Positions 8,720 to 16,759 are shown, counted from the first letter of the stretch. The stretch is DNA of 42,058 nt from an uncultured bacterium (GCA_965977975.1 CBHCZH010000014.1:1-42058), one strand, 5' to 3'. The notes: generated by a model not told the origin, from the sequence alone. A program made the numbers and translations.

Positions 8720-9005
8720 TACACCCACTCGGGAGCACCGTGACAGAGTGATTGGCTCTTCCCCCTTGATGGGGGGAAGCGAAGCTGGCCGAAGGCCTAC
8801 GATATGGAGGCTTGGGACCCCGGCCTTCTCCGGGGTGCCTAGCCGGAGTTGGATGGGGGTGAGCGCGCCGCAAGCGCCGACAGCAGGACACGAGCACACC
8901 CGTCCGCGTTACCGAGCAAGTCGTTGTTCCAAAAGCGAACGACTCGATCGCCTTCGCCTTCGCCTTCGATCATCGCCGTGCGCTGCACGGGGATGGAACT
9001 GGTGA

Positions 9006-9542
9006 CTACTTAACCAGCTCCACCTGCTCGAAATCAAGCTCCACCGGCGTCGCGCGACCGAAGATCGACACCGAGACCTTGACCTTGTTCTTGTCGAAGT
9101 CGAGCTCCTCGACCACGCCGTTGAAGCTCGCGAACGGGCCGTCGAGCACCTTGACCTGGTCGCCGATCTCGTAATCGATGCTGACCTGGTGCTTGGGCGC
9201 CGCCTTGGCTTCGGCGACGCCGCCGAAGTAGCGCGCGGCCTCGCGCTCGGAGATCGGCTGCGGCTTGCTGCCCGCGCCGAGGAAGCCGGTCACCTTCGGG
9301 GTGTTCTTGACCAGGTGGTAGACGTCGTCCGTCAGGTTGAGCTTGGCGAGCACGTAGCCGGGCATGAATTTGCGCTCGACCTGGACCTTCTTGCCGCGCT
9401 TGACCTCGGTGACGGTCTCGGTCGGCACCTCGACCGCCTCGACCCCGTCGGAAAGCCCGAGCCGCTCGGCCTCGGCGATGATCGAATCGCGGACCTTGTT
9501 CTCGAAGCCGGAATAGGCGTGGATGATGTACCAGCGGGCCAT
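9006..9542 (-). CDS. nusG: transcription termination/antitermination factor NusG
   Basis: MARWYIIHAYSGFENKVRDSI… NGN domain, plus a C-terminal KOW (…GDQVKVLDGPFASFNGVVEELDFDKNKVKVSVSIFGRATPVELDFEQVE). 178 aa; the track ORF is over-extended upstream. Confidence 0.95.
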   Translation of the reverse strand: MARWYIIHAYSGFENKVRDSIIAEAERLGLSDGVEAVEVPTETVTEVKRGKKVQVERKFMPGYVLAKLNLTDDVYHLVKNTPKVTGFLGAGSKPQPISEREAARYFGGVAEAKAAPKHQVSIDYEIGDQVKVLDGPFASFNGVVEELDFDKNKVKVSVSIFGRATPVELDFEQVELVK

Positions 9543-9577
9543 TGTGTCGTGTCTCTCAGTCGAATTCGTTGCGAGCG

Positions 9578-9772
9578 TCAGGCCAGATCGAGGAGCATGC
9601 GCATCATCCAGCCGAACAGCTGGTCGACGCCGAGGAAGAACACCGCCAGGATCGTCATCATGATCGCGACGAAGATCGCGGTGCGGTAGGTTTCCGGCCA
9701 GGTCGGCCATACCACCTTGCCGGCTTCCGCCTTGACCTGGTTGATGAATTCGCCGGGACTGGTCTTGGCCAT
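9578..9772 (-). CDS. secE: preprotein translocase subunit SecE
   Basis: 64 aa with a single TM helix. Conserved …FINQVKAEAGKVVWPTWPETYRTAIFVAIMMTILAVFF…. Immediately upstream of nusG, the canonical arrangement. Confidence 0.9.
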   Translation of the reverse strand: MAKTSPGEFINQVKAEAGKVVWPTWPETYRTAIFVAIMMTILAVFFLGVDQLFGWMMRMLLDLA

Positions 9773-9939
9773 GCTGTGTGCCCTCGAGCCTTGTTGATGC
9801 GCCTTGTTGATGTGCCTCGTTGGCGCCTTCCGCCATAGGCTTACCGCCGCCCCGGTCTAGGTCCGGGAGGGGCAGGCAGGCTCCGATGTCGGAAGTCGCC
9901 GCGGGATTTAGCGACGAGGGGGAGGCTTGGCAAGGGTAA

Positions 9940-9968
9940 GCGGAATGCGGGTTCCCACCGCATTCCGC
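9940..9968. other. perfect 11-bp stem hairpin GCGGAATGCGG-N7-CCGCATTCCGC
   Basis: Read directly from the sequence. Lies in the shared upstream region between secE (minus) and the TonB-dependent receptor (plus). No U-tract follows. Confidence 0.4.
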
Positions 9969-10044
9969 GCCCACCGGACCCTGCTATTGCGAATCGCTCT
10001 CATTACTTCTACGGCCGCGAACCATTCTCAATAGGGGTCGTTCG

Positions 10045-12141
10045 ATGGTTCGCTGTTTGTCGTTCTGCGTGGGTTCGGCTGGGCTGCTGTTCTTCCCCAC
10101 GGCCGTGGCGGCCCAGACGGCGGATCCCGCATATCCCGCCGACGATACCGAAATCACCGTCACCGCCAGTGCGGTCACCGCGACCAAGACCGACACCCCG
10201 CTGGTCGAAACTCCGCAAGCGATCAGCGTGGTGCCGGACGAGCTGTTCCTCGAGCGCGGCGCGCGCAACGTACAGGAAACATTGCGCTACTCCGCCGGCG
10301 TGACGGCCGAGGCCTACGGGCTCGATTCGCGGGGCGACACCAGCGCCATCCGCGGCCTCAACCCGGTCGAATACCTCGACGGCATGCGCCGCATCTTCAA
10401 CTATTCGGTCATGCCCCGCGTGGCGGTGGAGACGCTCGACCGGATCGAGATCCTGCGCGGCCCGTCCTCGGTGCTTTACGGCCAGGGCGCCAACGGCGGC
10501 ATCGTCAACATGGTGAGCAAGCGCCCGCAGCCCGGCGAGCCGACCGGCGAAGCGGCCGTCCAGTACGGCAGCTTCGACCGGCTGCAGGGGCAGATCGACG
10601 TCGGCGGCAGTCTCGATGCCGCGGACACGGTGGCGGGCCGGCTGGTCGCGCTGATCCGCGAGGCGGGCACGCAGACCGATTTCGTCGACGACGATCGCGT
10701 CGTCATCAACCCCTCGCTGGCGTGGCGGCCCGGACCCGACACCTCGGTGACCCTGATCGGCACCTGGCAGCGCGACCGCGGCGCCTCGACACAACAGTTC
10801 CTGCCGATCGCCGCCACGATCCTCGCGCCGAAGGGCGAACGGCTCGACACCTCGACCTTCCTCGGCGATCCCGAGCAGGACTTCCTGCGCGCGACGCAGT
10901 ACGTCGGCACTCTGCTCGCGGAGCACCGGTTCTCGGACGCGGTGGCACTGCGCACCAGCCTGCGCTACCTCGACAGCCACGCCGACTTCCAGCAGCTCTA
11001 CCCGGCGGTCTACGCCAACCCGCTCGACCCGTTCATCGACGCGGACGACCGGGTGGTGGACCGCTTCATCTACGGCACGAAGCAGGACATCGGCGCGCTC
11101 ACGTCCGACAGCAACCTCGAGCTGCGCTTCGCGACCGGACCGTTCGAGCACGTGCTGCTCGCCGGTGTCGATTACAGCGACTATCGCCAGCGCTCGCAAA
11201 GCGGCAGCGGCGTTACCACCCCGATCGACATCTACGATCCAGTCTCGACCGGGGTCATGCCCGTTCCGCTGGCCGACGATCCCGAACAGCGCAACACCCA
11301 GCTCGGCTTCTACGTCCAGAACCAGATCCGCTACGCCGACCGGATCAGCCTGGTCGTCGGGGCGCGGCGCGACCGGGCCCGCTCCAAGACCGAGGGCCTC
11401 GACGCCCAGATCGATCAGGCCACCACCTTTCGCGCCGGCCTGATCGGCGAGATCGGCTGGGGCCTTTCGCCCTACGTCAGCTATTCCGAGGCGTTCCTGC
11501 CGGTGGCAGGACTCGATTTCGGCGGCGAGGCGTTCGTGCCGCAGCGCGGCCGCCAGTACGAGGCCGGCTTCAAGTGGCAGCCGCGCCGCGCGGTGCTCGT
11601 TACCGCCAGCCTGTTCGACATCGAGGAAACCAATCGCCCGATCAACGATCCCGAAAATCCGGTCAACGTGATCCAGACCGGACGGATCAAGTCGCGAGGC
11701 GTCGAGATCGAAGGCAGCTACGTGCTGCCCGGTGATCTCACTCTTACCGCGGCCTACAGCTACATCGAGGCGACCGTGAGGGAGAGCAGCTATGCCGAGG
11801 AAATCGGCGAGCAGCTGAGCGACACGCCGCGGCACCTCGCCTCGGCCTGGGCGGCGCGGACCTTCCCGCTCTCGCCCGTCGCCAACCTGAGGTTCGGCGG
11901 CGGCGTGCGCTACGTCGGGCCGACCCGTTCGATCGGCGTGTTCGGCCTGCCGACGATCCGTACGCCCGGCTACACCCTGCTCGACGCCCTGGTCGAGCTC
12001 GATTACCGCGAGCATTGGCGGCTGGCGATCAGCGCCGCCAACCTTCTCGACAAGGACTACTACGCGCCGTGCCGCTCGTTCGGCGATTGCTTCACCGGCA
12101 ACGGCCGGTCGGTGATCGCCACGCTCGGCTACCGGTTCTAG
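10045..12141 (+). CDS. TonB-dependent siderophore receptor
   Basis: Signal peptide, a TonB-box-like ITVTAS, plug domain, 22-strand barrel motifs and C-terminal aromatic …ATLGYRF. 698 aa. Confidence 0.9.
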   Translation: MVRCLSFCVGSAGLLFFPTAVAAQTADPAYPADDTEITVTASAVTATKTDTPLVETPQAISVVPDELFLERGARNVQETLRYSAGVTAEAYGLDSRGDTSAIRGLNPVEYLDGMRRIFNYSVMPRVAVETLDRIEILRGPSSVLYGQGANGGIVNMVSKRPQPGEPTGEAAVQYGSFDRLQGQIDVGGSLDAADTVAGRLVALIREAGTQTDFVDDDRVVINPSLAWRPGPDTSVTLIGTWQRDRGASTQQFLPIAATILAPKGERLDTSTFLGDPEQDFLRATQYVGTLLAEHRFSDAVALRTSLRYLDSHADFQQLYPAVYANPLDPFIDADDRVVDRFIYGTKQDIGALTSDSNLELRFATGPFEHVLLAGVDYSDYRQRSQSGSGVTTPIDIYDPVSTGVMPVPLADDPEQRNTQLGFYVQNQIRYADRISLVVGARRDRARSKTEGLDAQIDQATTFRAGLIGEIGWGLSPYVSYSEAFLPVAGLDFGGEAFVPQRGRQYEAGFKWQPRRAVLVTASLFDIEETNRPINDPENPVNVIQTGRIKSRGVEIEGSYVLPGDLTLTAAYSYIEATVRESSYAEEIGEQLSDTPRHLASAWAARTFPLSPVANLRFGGGVRYVGPTRSIGVFGLPTIRTPGYTLLDALVELDYREHWRLAISAANLLDKDYYAPCRSFGDCFTGNGRSVIATLGYRF

Positions 12142-12152
12142 GGAAACGGACG

Positions 12153-13304
12153 ATGACGCGCGGCACGGTCAAAGCCTGGTACCTGGTCCACAAGTGGACC
12201 AGCCTGATCTGCACGGCCTTCCTGCTGCTGCTGTGCGTCACCGGCCTGCCGCTGATCTTCTGGCACGAGATCGACCATGCGATCACCGACGTGCGGGAGC
12301 CCGCGCCGGTGGTGGAGGGGGCGCGGCCGGCCAGCCTCGACGACATCGTCGCCAAGGCGCTCGCGCGCCATCCGGGGGACGTGCCGCTGTTTCTCGGCTG
12401 GGATGATGCGGAGCCGCTCGTCTACGTGAACACAGGCGCGCGCCCGGATGCGGCGGTAGAGGACATGAAAGTCGCGTACTTCGATGCCTATACCGGCGAG
12501 GAGCTCGGCGGCGAGACGCTCGATTCCGGGGTGATGATGTTCATCTACCGCCTCCACACCGACATGTTCCTGGGCCTGGGCGCGACGCTGTTTCTCGGCG
12601 CCATGACGCTGCTGTTCGTGGCGGCGCTCGTTTCGGGGATCGTCATCTACGGCCCGTTCATGCGCAAGCTCGCGTTCGGCACGGTGCGTCGGCAAGGCAG
12701 CGTCCGCCTCAAGTGGCTCGACATGCACAACCTGCTCGGCGCGGTGACGCTCGCCTGGGCCCTCGTCGTCGGGACGACGGGTGCGGTCAACACGCTCGCC
12801 GCTCCGCTGCTCGCCGCCTGGCAGGCCGAGGCGGTTGCCGAGTTCAGCGCTCGCTATGCCGGCGCGCCCCGGCCCGAACGCTTCGCTTCGCTCGACGCCG
12901 CCGTCGACGCCGCGCGGGCGCGGTCGCCGGGCATGACGCCGGCCTTCGTCAGCTATCCGGGCACCGGCTACAGCGGCGACCACCATCTCGGCGTGTTCAT
13001 GCACGGCGAGACGCCCCTTACCGAACGGCTGACCAGGCCGGTGCTGGTCGACGCCGCAACCGGCGAGGTGACGGCCGAGCCGGAAGTCCCGTGGTACATC
13101 GTCGCGCTGCTGCTGTCGCAGCCGCGTCACTTCGGGGATTACGGCGGGCTTCCGCTCAAGATCATCTGGGCGCTTCTCGACCTCGCCACGATCGTCGTGC
13201 TCGGCAGCGGACTCTATCTCTGGCTGCGCCGGACGCGCGGCTCCACGGACCAACGGGTGAGCGAGATACTGGAAGCCGGCCAACTCGGGCGAGCTGCGGC
13301 ATGA
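12153..13304 (+). CDS. PepSY-associated TM helix domain protein (PiuB-like siderophore-interacting membrane protein)
   Basis: MTRGTVKAWYLVHKWTSLICTAFLLLLCVTGLPLIFWHEIDH… is the canonical PepSY_TM N-terminus. Four TM segments. ATG 12 nt after the receptor stop. Confidence 0.85.
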   Translation: MTRGTVKAWYLVHKWTSLICTAFLLLLCVTGLPLIFWHEIDHAITDVREPAPVVEGARPASLDDIVAKALARHPGDVPLFLGWDDAEPLVYVNTGARPDAAVEDMKVAYFDAYTGEELGGETLDSGVMMFIYRLHTDMFLGLGATLFLGAMTLLFVAALVSGIVIYGPFMRKLAFGTVRRQGSVRLKWLDMHNLLGAVTLAWALVVGTTGAVNTLAAPLLAAWQAEAVAEFSARYAGAPRPERFASLDAAVDAARARSPGMTPAFVSYPGTGYSGDHHLGVFMHGETPLTERLTRPVLVDAATGEVTAEPEVPWYIVALLLSQPRHFGDYGGLPLKIIWALLDLATIVVLGSGLYLWLRRTRGSTDQRVSEILEAGQLGRAAA

Positions 13305-13489
13305 GCGGGCGCCGTTCGGGCTTGTGGCGCGCCTATCGCGTGCCCGCGCTGCTGGCAGGGGTCAGCGTTGCCGGCCTCCTGAGCGCGCTCCTCGAGGACG
13401 GGATATTCGACGTCCTGTCCTGGGTGCTGCTCGGCGGAGTCCTGATCGGCAGTCGTTCCGCTCTGGCCGGGCGATCCTCCGGCCGTTAG
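13301..13489 (+). CDS. small two-TM membrane protein (62 aa), translationally coupled to the PepSY gene (possibly DUF3325-like)
   Basis: Its ATG overlaps the PepSY TGA (ATGA). Two hydrophobic helices (VPALLAGVSVAGLLSALL, VLSWVLLGGVLIGS). Small membrane proteins commonly follow PepSY_TM genes. Confidence 0.4.
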   Translation: MSGRRSGLWRAYRVPALLAGVSVAGLLSALLEDGIFDVLSWVLLGGVLIGSRSALAGRSSGR

Positions 13490-13635
13490 CGGGCGCCGAA
13501 CAGCCTCGCCAGGAAGCTCGGCTCCTCCATCGGCTGGATCGGACCGTGCATCATGTAGCGCAAGCTCGCGTCGCGGTAGGGGCGCGGCATGGTCCAGCGG
13601 TCGGGGCGGCTGCTGTGATAAGTCTGGCTCGCCAT
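13486..13635 (-). CDS. small hypothetical protein (49 aa)
   Basis: GAGGAG RBS 7 nt upstream of the ATG. Sequence MASQTYHSSRPDRWTMPRPYRDASLRYMMHGPIQPMEEPSFLARLFGAR. Lies between tRNA-Trp and the PepSY module. Confidence 0.3.
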   Translation of the reverse strand: MASQTYHSSRPDRWTMPRPYRDASLRYMMHGPIQPMEEPSFLARLFGAR

Positions 13636-13801
13636 GAGATTGCTCCTCGATCGAACCCGTCTGGCGCGTTCAATGACCGGTCTGGCGCAGCGGTTCCCGG
13701 CTGGCGAGCGAAACGCCGCGCTGTGTGGGATCGGGACAACAGCAGCCACGCAGTTGTGCGAGAGTTCCCGGATTCGGGAAATTTTTTCGCTTCGGCGAGT
13801 C

Positions 13802-13877
13802 TGGCAGGAGTGGAGGGATTCGAACCCCCGGCCCTCGGTTTTGGAGACCGATGCTCTACCAGCTGAGCTACACTCCT
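13802..13877 (-). tRNA. trnW: tRNA-Trp (anticodon CCA)
   Basis: The reverse complement gives AGGAGTGTAGCTCAGCTGGTAGAGCATCGGTCTCCAAAACCGAGGGCCGGGGGTTCGAATCCCTCCACTCCTGCCA. It has a 7-bp acceptor stem, anticodon loop CTCCAAA, a GTTCGAATC T-loop and an encoded CCA. It is near-identical in architecture to E. coli tRNA-Trp. Confidence 0.9.
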
Positions 13878-13924
13878 GCAGGCGGACGCGCCTCTAAGGG
13901 CAAGCGCTGGCGATATCAAGCCAT

Positions 13925-14006
13925 CGTCGTCCCGGCGCAAGCCGGAGACTCATGCGGACGGGATCAGAATGCGAGGCACGACATCCCGGCTTGCGTCGGG
14001 ACGACG
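13925..14006. repeat. 21-bp imperfect inverted repeat (20/21) flanking a 40-nt spacer
   Basis: CGTCGTCCCGGCGCAAGCCGG (13925-13945) and CCGGCTTGCGTCGGGACGACG (13986-14006). Lies in the divergent region between tRNA-Trp and aat. Confidence 0.5.
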
Positions 14007-14027
14007 GATTTCTGCTAGACAACACCC

Positions 14028-14807
14028 ATGCACGCACCCGGGCCGAAGCTGATTCCCGCCGAGCTGCTGCTGATGGCATACCGTAGCGGCATCTTTCCGA
14101 TGGCCGACAGCCGCGACGACGAGGATATCTACTGGGTCGAGCCGCGCGAGCGGGCGGTGATCCCGCTCGACGAGTTCCATCTGTCGCGCTCGCTCGCCAA
14201 GGCGATCCGGCAGGACCGCTTCCAGGTGACCTGCAACACCGACTTCGCCGGCGTCATAGCGGCCTGCGCGGCGCCGCGGCCGGGCCACCCGGAAAGCTGG
14301 ATCAGCGAGCGCATCGCCGCGAGCTATCGCGCGCTGCACATGGCCGGACATGCCCATTCGCTCGAATGCTGGCGCGACGGGGAGCTCGTCGGCGGCCTCT
14401 ACGGCGTCGGTTTCGACCGCGCCTTCTGCGGCGAAAGCATGTTCAGCCACACGGCCGATGCCTCGAAAGTGGCGCTCGCCTGGTTGGTCGGGCTGCTCAG
14501 GCATGCAGACTACCGTCTGCTCGACTGTCAGTTCATGACTGAGCACCTCGCCTCGCTCGGCGCGGCGCCGATTAGCAGGGACAAGTATCTCGAGCGGCTG
14601 GCCGAGGCGGTCGCGGCGGGACCGGCGCCGAGCCTGCCCGAAGCCTATGCCTCGTTGCTGGGGCCCGCCGGCGCGGTCGCTGCCGGCGTCGGCGAGGGCG
14701 ATGGCGTGGCCGCGGGAGGCGGCGCCTCGTCCTCTTCCTCGTCGCCGGACGCGGGTGCTTCCTCGCCCGGGAAGCTCATCCTGCAGTCCTTGACCCAGAC
14801 GTCGTAG
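14028..14807 (+). CDS. aat: leucyl/phenylalanyl-tRNA--protein transferase
   Basis: …LLLMAYRSGIFPMADSRDDEDIYWVEPRERAVIPLDEFHLSRSLAK… is highly conserved in Aat. The last ~50 aa are a low-complexity G/S/A tail that overlaps the convergent DUF2155 gene, so the true C-terminus is uncertain. Confidence 0.85.
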   Translation: MHAPGPKLIPAELLLMAYRSGIFPMADSRDDEDIYWVEPRERAVIPLDEFHLSRSLAKAIRQDRFQVTCNTDFAGVIAACAAPRPGHPESWISERIAASYRALHMAGHAHSLECWRDGELVGGLYGVGFDRAFCGESMFSHTADASKVALAWLVGLLRHADYRLLDCQFMTEHLASLGAAPISRDKYLERLAEAVAAGPAPSLPEAYASLLGPAGAVAAGVGEGDGVAAGGGASSSSSSPDAGASSPGKLILQSLTQTS

Positions 14808-15250
14808 ATCGGATGCTCGACGACATTCAGGCTCGGCGAGCTCTTGAACAGCCAGCCGGAGAAGAATCGCCGCCATTCCGGCGCCGAATCGGCATCGGGG
14901 CGAGTCAGAACGATGACCTGGACGAACGCGCCCGTTTCGGGCGGCTCCTCCCACGGTGCGGTGCGCTCGCAAGCCGAGAGGCGCACGATCACGTCGCCGA
15001 CGCGGCGCGTCTCGCCGGGCTTCATCTCGAGGTCGCGGGTGATGTTGTTGCGCTTGTTGAGCAAGCCGAGCACCGCGACACGGTCCTCCATCGGCGTGCC
15101 GATCGCGCCCTGCGCCGAGATCGGTTGGCCGGGGCGGGCGAATTCCTCGGGGACTTCCGTCGCTTCGGGCTCGGGTTCGGGCGCGTCACGGTTGCATGCG
15201 GACAGCAACAGAATCAGCGCCGAGGTGGCCGAAGCGGCGGGCAATCTCAC
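14645..15250 (-). CDS. DUF2155 domain lipoprotein
   Basis: GTG start overlaps the NDUFA12-like TGA (GTGA). Lipobox LLLSACN. The NDUFA12-like/DUF2155 pair is conserved in alphaproteobacteria. Acidic Pro-rich C-terminal tail. Confidence 0.75.
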   Translation of the reverse strand: MRLPAASATSALILLLSACNRDAPEPEPEATEVPEEFARPGQPISAQGAIGTPMEDRVAVLGLLNKRNNITRDLEMKPGETRRVGDVIVRLSACERTAPWEEPPETGAFVQVIVLTRPDADSAPEWRRFFSGWLFKSSPSLNVVEHPIYDVWVKDCRMSFPGEEAPASGDEEEDEAPPPAATPSPSPTPAATAPAGPSNEA

Positions 15251-15633
15251 GCGTCGGGCGTCCACGCTTCGTAGTCGCCCGTCGCCCGCGCACGCTTGCC
15301 GCCACGCTCGAGCGCGCCCTGCGGGCGATAGGCGGCTGCGGTGCCGGTGGGGTTGGGAGTGTAATCGGCTTCCCAGATCTTCGGCGGGGGCAGTTGGCTT
15401 TCGGGCAGCGCGTCGAACGATCCGTGCAGCCAGCCATGCCATTCCGCGGACACGCGGCTGGCGTCGTTGGCGCCATTGTAGATCACCCAGCGCCGCTCGC
15501 GTCCCTCGACCGTTTTCTTGTTCGAGCGATAGTACTTGTTGCCCGCGGCGTCGGTACCGACCTGCTCACCGTTGAGCGCGCTGAACAGCGACGTGCCGAT
15601 GGTCGCGCCGTCCCACCAGGTGAAAAGCTTCAT
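15247..15633 (-). CDS. NADH:ubiquinone oxidoreductase subunit NDUFA12-like protein
   Basis: MKLFTWWDGATIGTSLF…GNKYYRS…RWVIYNG…SRVSAEWHGWLH… are hallmark NDUFA12 blocks. Confidence 0.8.
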   Translation of the reverse strand: MKLFTWWDGATIGTSLFSALNGEQVGTDAAGNKYYRSNKKTVEGRERRWVIYNGANDASRVSAEWHGWLHGSFDALPESQLPPPKIWEADYTPNPTGTAAAYRPQGALERGGKRARATGDYEAWTPDA

Positions 15634-15684
15634 GAGGATTCCCATGCGGGGCGCGTTAGCCGCTTCGCACCCTCGGGCGCAAGC

Positions 15685-16161
15685 TTACCAGTCGACTCGC
15701 GCGCCCGCGACGATGCCGAGTTCCGCGGCCCTCCCGGCGTTGAGCTCGAGCGTGGCGATCGCGGGCGCTTCGGACACGATGCTCGCTTCCGAATAGGGCA
15801 CGGCATTGGCCGCGACGTTGACCACTCGCCGATCGGGCCCGATGAAGATCAGGTCGAGCGAGAGCACCGTGTTCTTCATCCAGAAGCTGAGCACGCGCGG
15901 CTGGTCGTACGGGAACAGCATGCCCTCGTTCGGGCCCATGGCGGTACGGAACATCAGCCCGCGCGCCTGCTCCTGCGGAGTGCGCGCCACTTCGACGCGA
16001 AAGCGGTGCGTCTTGCCGAGCGAGGTCACGGTCAGCGGAATGACCTCGAGCCCGGATTCCGGGTGAACCGTGGGTTGGGTCGCGGCAGCCGGCGCCTGCT
16101 CGGCCGCTTGCGGCGAGCACGCGGGAAGCACCAGAAGCACAGGCAGCAACATAGAACGCAT
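15685..16161 (-). CDS. DUF192 domain protein
   Basis: Signal peptide, then …RGLMFRTAMGPNEGMLFPYDQPRVLSFWMKNTVLSLDLIF…, the DUF192 signature. The track ORF is over-extended to 16656. Confidence 0.8.
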   Translation of the reverse strand: MRSMLLPVLLVLPACSPQAAEQAPAAATQPTVHPESGLEVIPLTVTSLGKTHRFRVEVARTPQEQARGLMFRTAMGPNEGMLFPYDQPRVLSFWMKNTVLSLDLIFIGPDRRVVNVAANAVPYSEASIVSEAPAIATLELNAGRAAELGIVAGARVDW

Positions 16162-16165
16162 GAGC

Positions 16166-16759
16166 TCAGCTTTCCTCGTCGTCGCATTCGGCGGCCCATC
16201 GCTCCGCCGCTTCCTCGCTTGCGGCATCGACCATTTCGCGCGCGCTGTCGAGCGGGTGGCCTGCGCGCAGCATCGCCGCGATCTGCTTCTGGCGCCGTTC
16301 GCGATCGAGCGGCCCATGATCGCTCGGGCGGCCGAAGGGACCGAAACCTCGCTTGCGGGCCATCGCGAGCGCAGCACGGCGTTCCGCTCCCTCGTCCGGT
16401 CGTACTTCCTCGCGAATCGCCTCGTCGATGCCCGCTTCGCCGAGCGCCTCGTGCACCCGGCGCGGGCCATAGCCGCGTCGCAGCAGGCTGCCGCTCTTGG
16501 CTCGCGCATAGGCGGCGTCATCGACATAGCCGAGCTCGACGTAGCGGCCGACCAGTGTGGGCAAGTCCGGTTCGCGCTCGCCCGCCCAGCCTCGTTCGCG
16601 AACCTTGCGCTTGAGATAGCGTTCCAGTTTCGACGCAGTGGTCGCGAACCGTGCAACGTAGGTTAAGGCAAGCTCGTCCAGGCGCGCCGCGTCGAGCGGC
16701 TTCGGCTCGCGGTGCTGGCGCCCAAGGTTCGTCCTACTCGCTTGTCGTTCGCGGACCAT
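16166..16759 (-). CDS. recX: recombination regulator RecX
   Basis: Three-helix repeat architecture (…LDELALTYVARFATTASKLERYLKRKVRERGW…VDDAAYARAKSGSLLRRGYGPRRVHEALGEAGI…). Not adjacent to recA in this window. Confidence 0.8.
   Translation of the reverse strand: MVRERQASRTNLGRQHREPKPLDAARLDELALTYVARFATTASKLERYLKRKVRERGWAGEREPDLPTLVGRYVELGYVDDAAYARAKSGSLLRRGYGPRRVHEALGEAGIDEAIREEVRPDEGAERRAALAMARKRGFGPFGRPSDHGPLDRERRQKQIAAMLRAGHPLDSAREMVDAASEEAAERWAAECDDEES

Noticed and set aside
10000-10044. Possible Fur box upstream of the TonB-dependent siderophore receptor (…TTGCGAATCGCTCTCATTAC…)
   Set aside because: Only ~6/19 matches to the GATAATGATAATCATTATC consensus. Not supportable without a genome-specific Fur or RirA/Irr motif model.
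10009-12015. 668-aa minus-strand ORF antisense to the TonB-dependent receptor, plus similar long ORFs (1427-2191, 10722-11735, 16712-18697, 24384-26180, 26289-28133, 36392-37534, 38758-39915)
   Set aside because: Arg/Ala/Gly-rich, no recognisable domains, and fully antisense or out of frame to well-supported genes. This is the classic stop-codon paucity of high-GC DNA.
16720-16750. GTTC…GTTC direct repeat near the recX start, considered as an alphaproteobacterial LexA box (GTTC-N7-GTTC)
   Set aside because: The spacing is 16 nt, not 7, and it lies inside the recX coding sequence.
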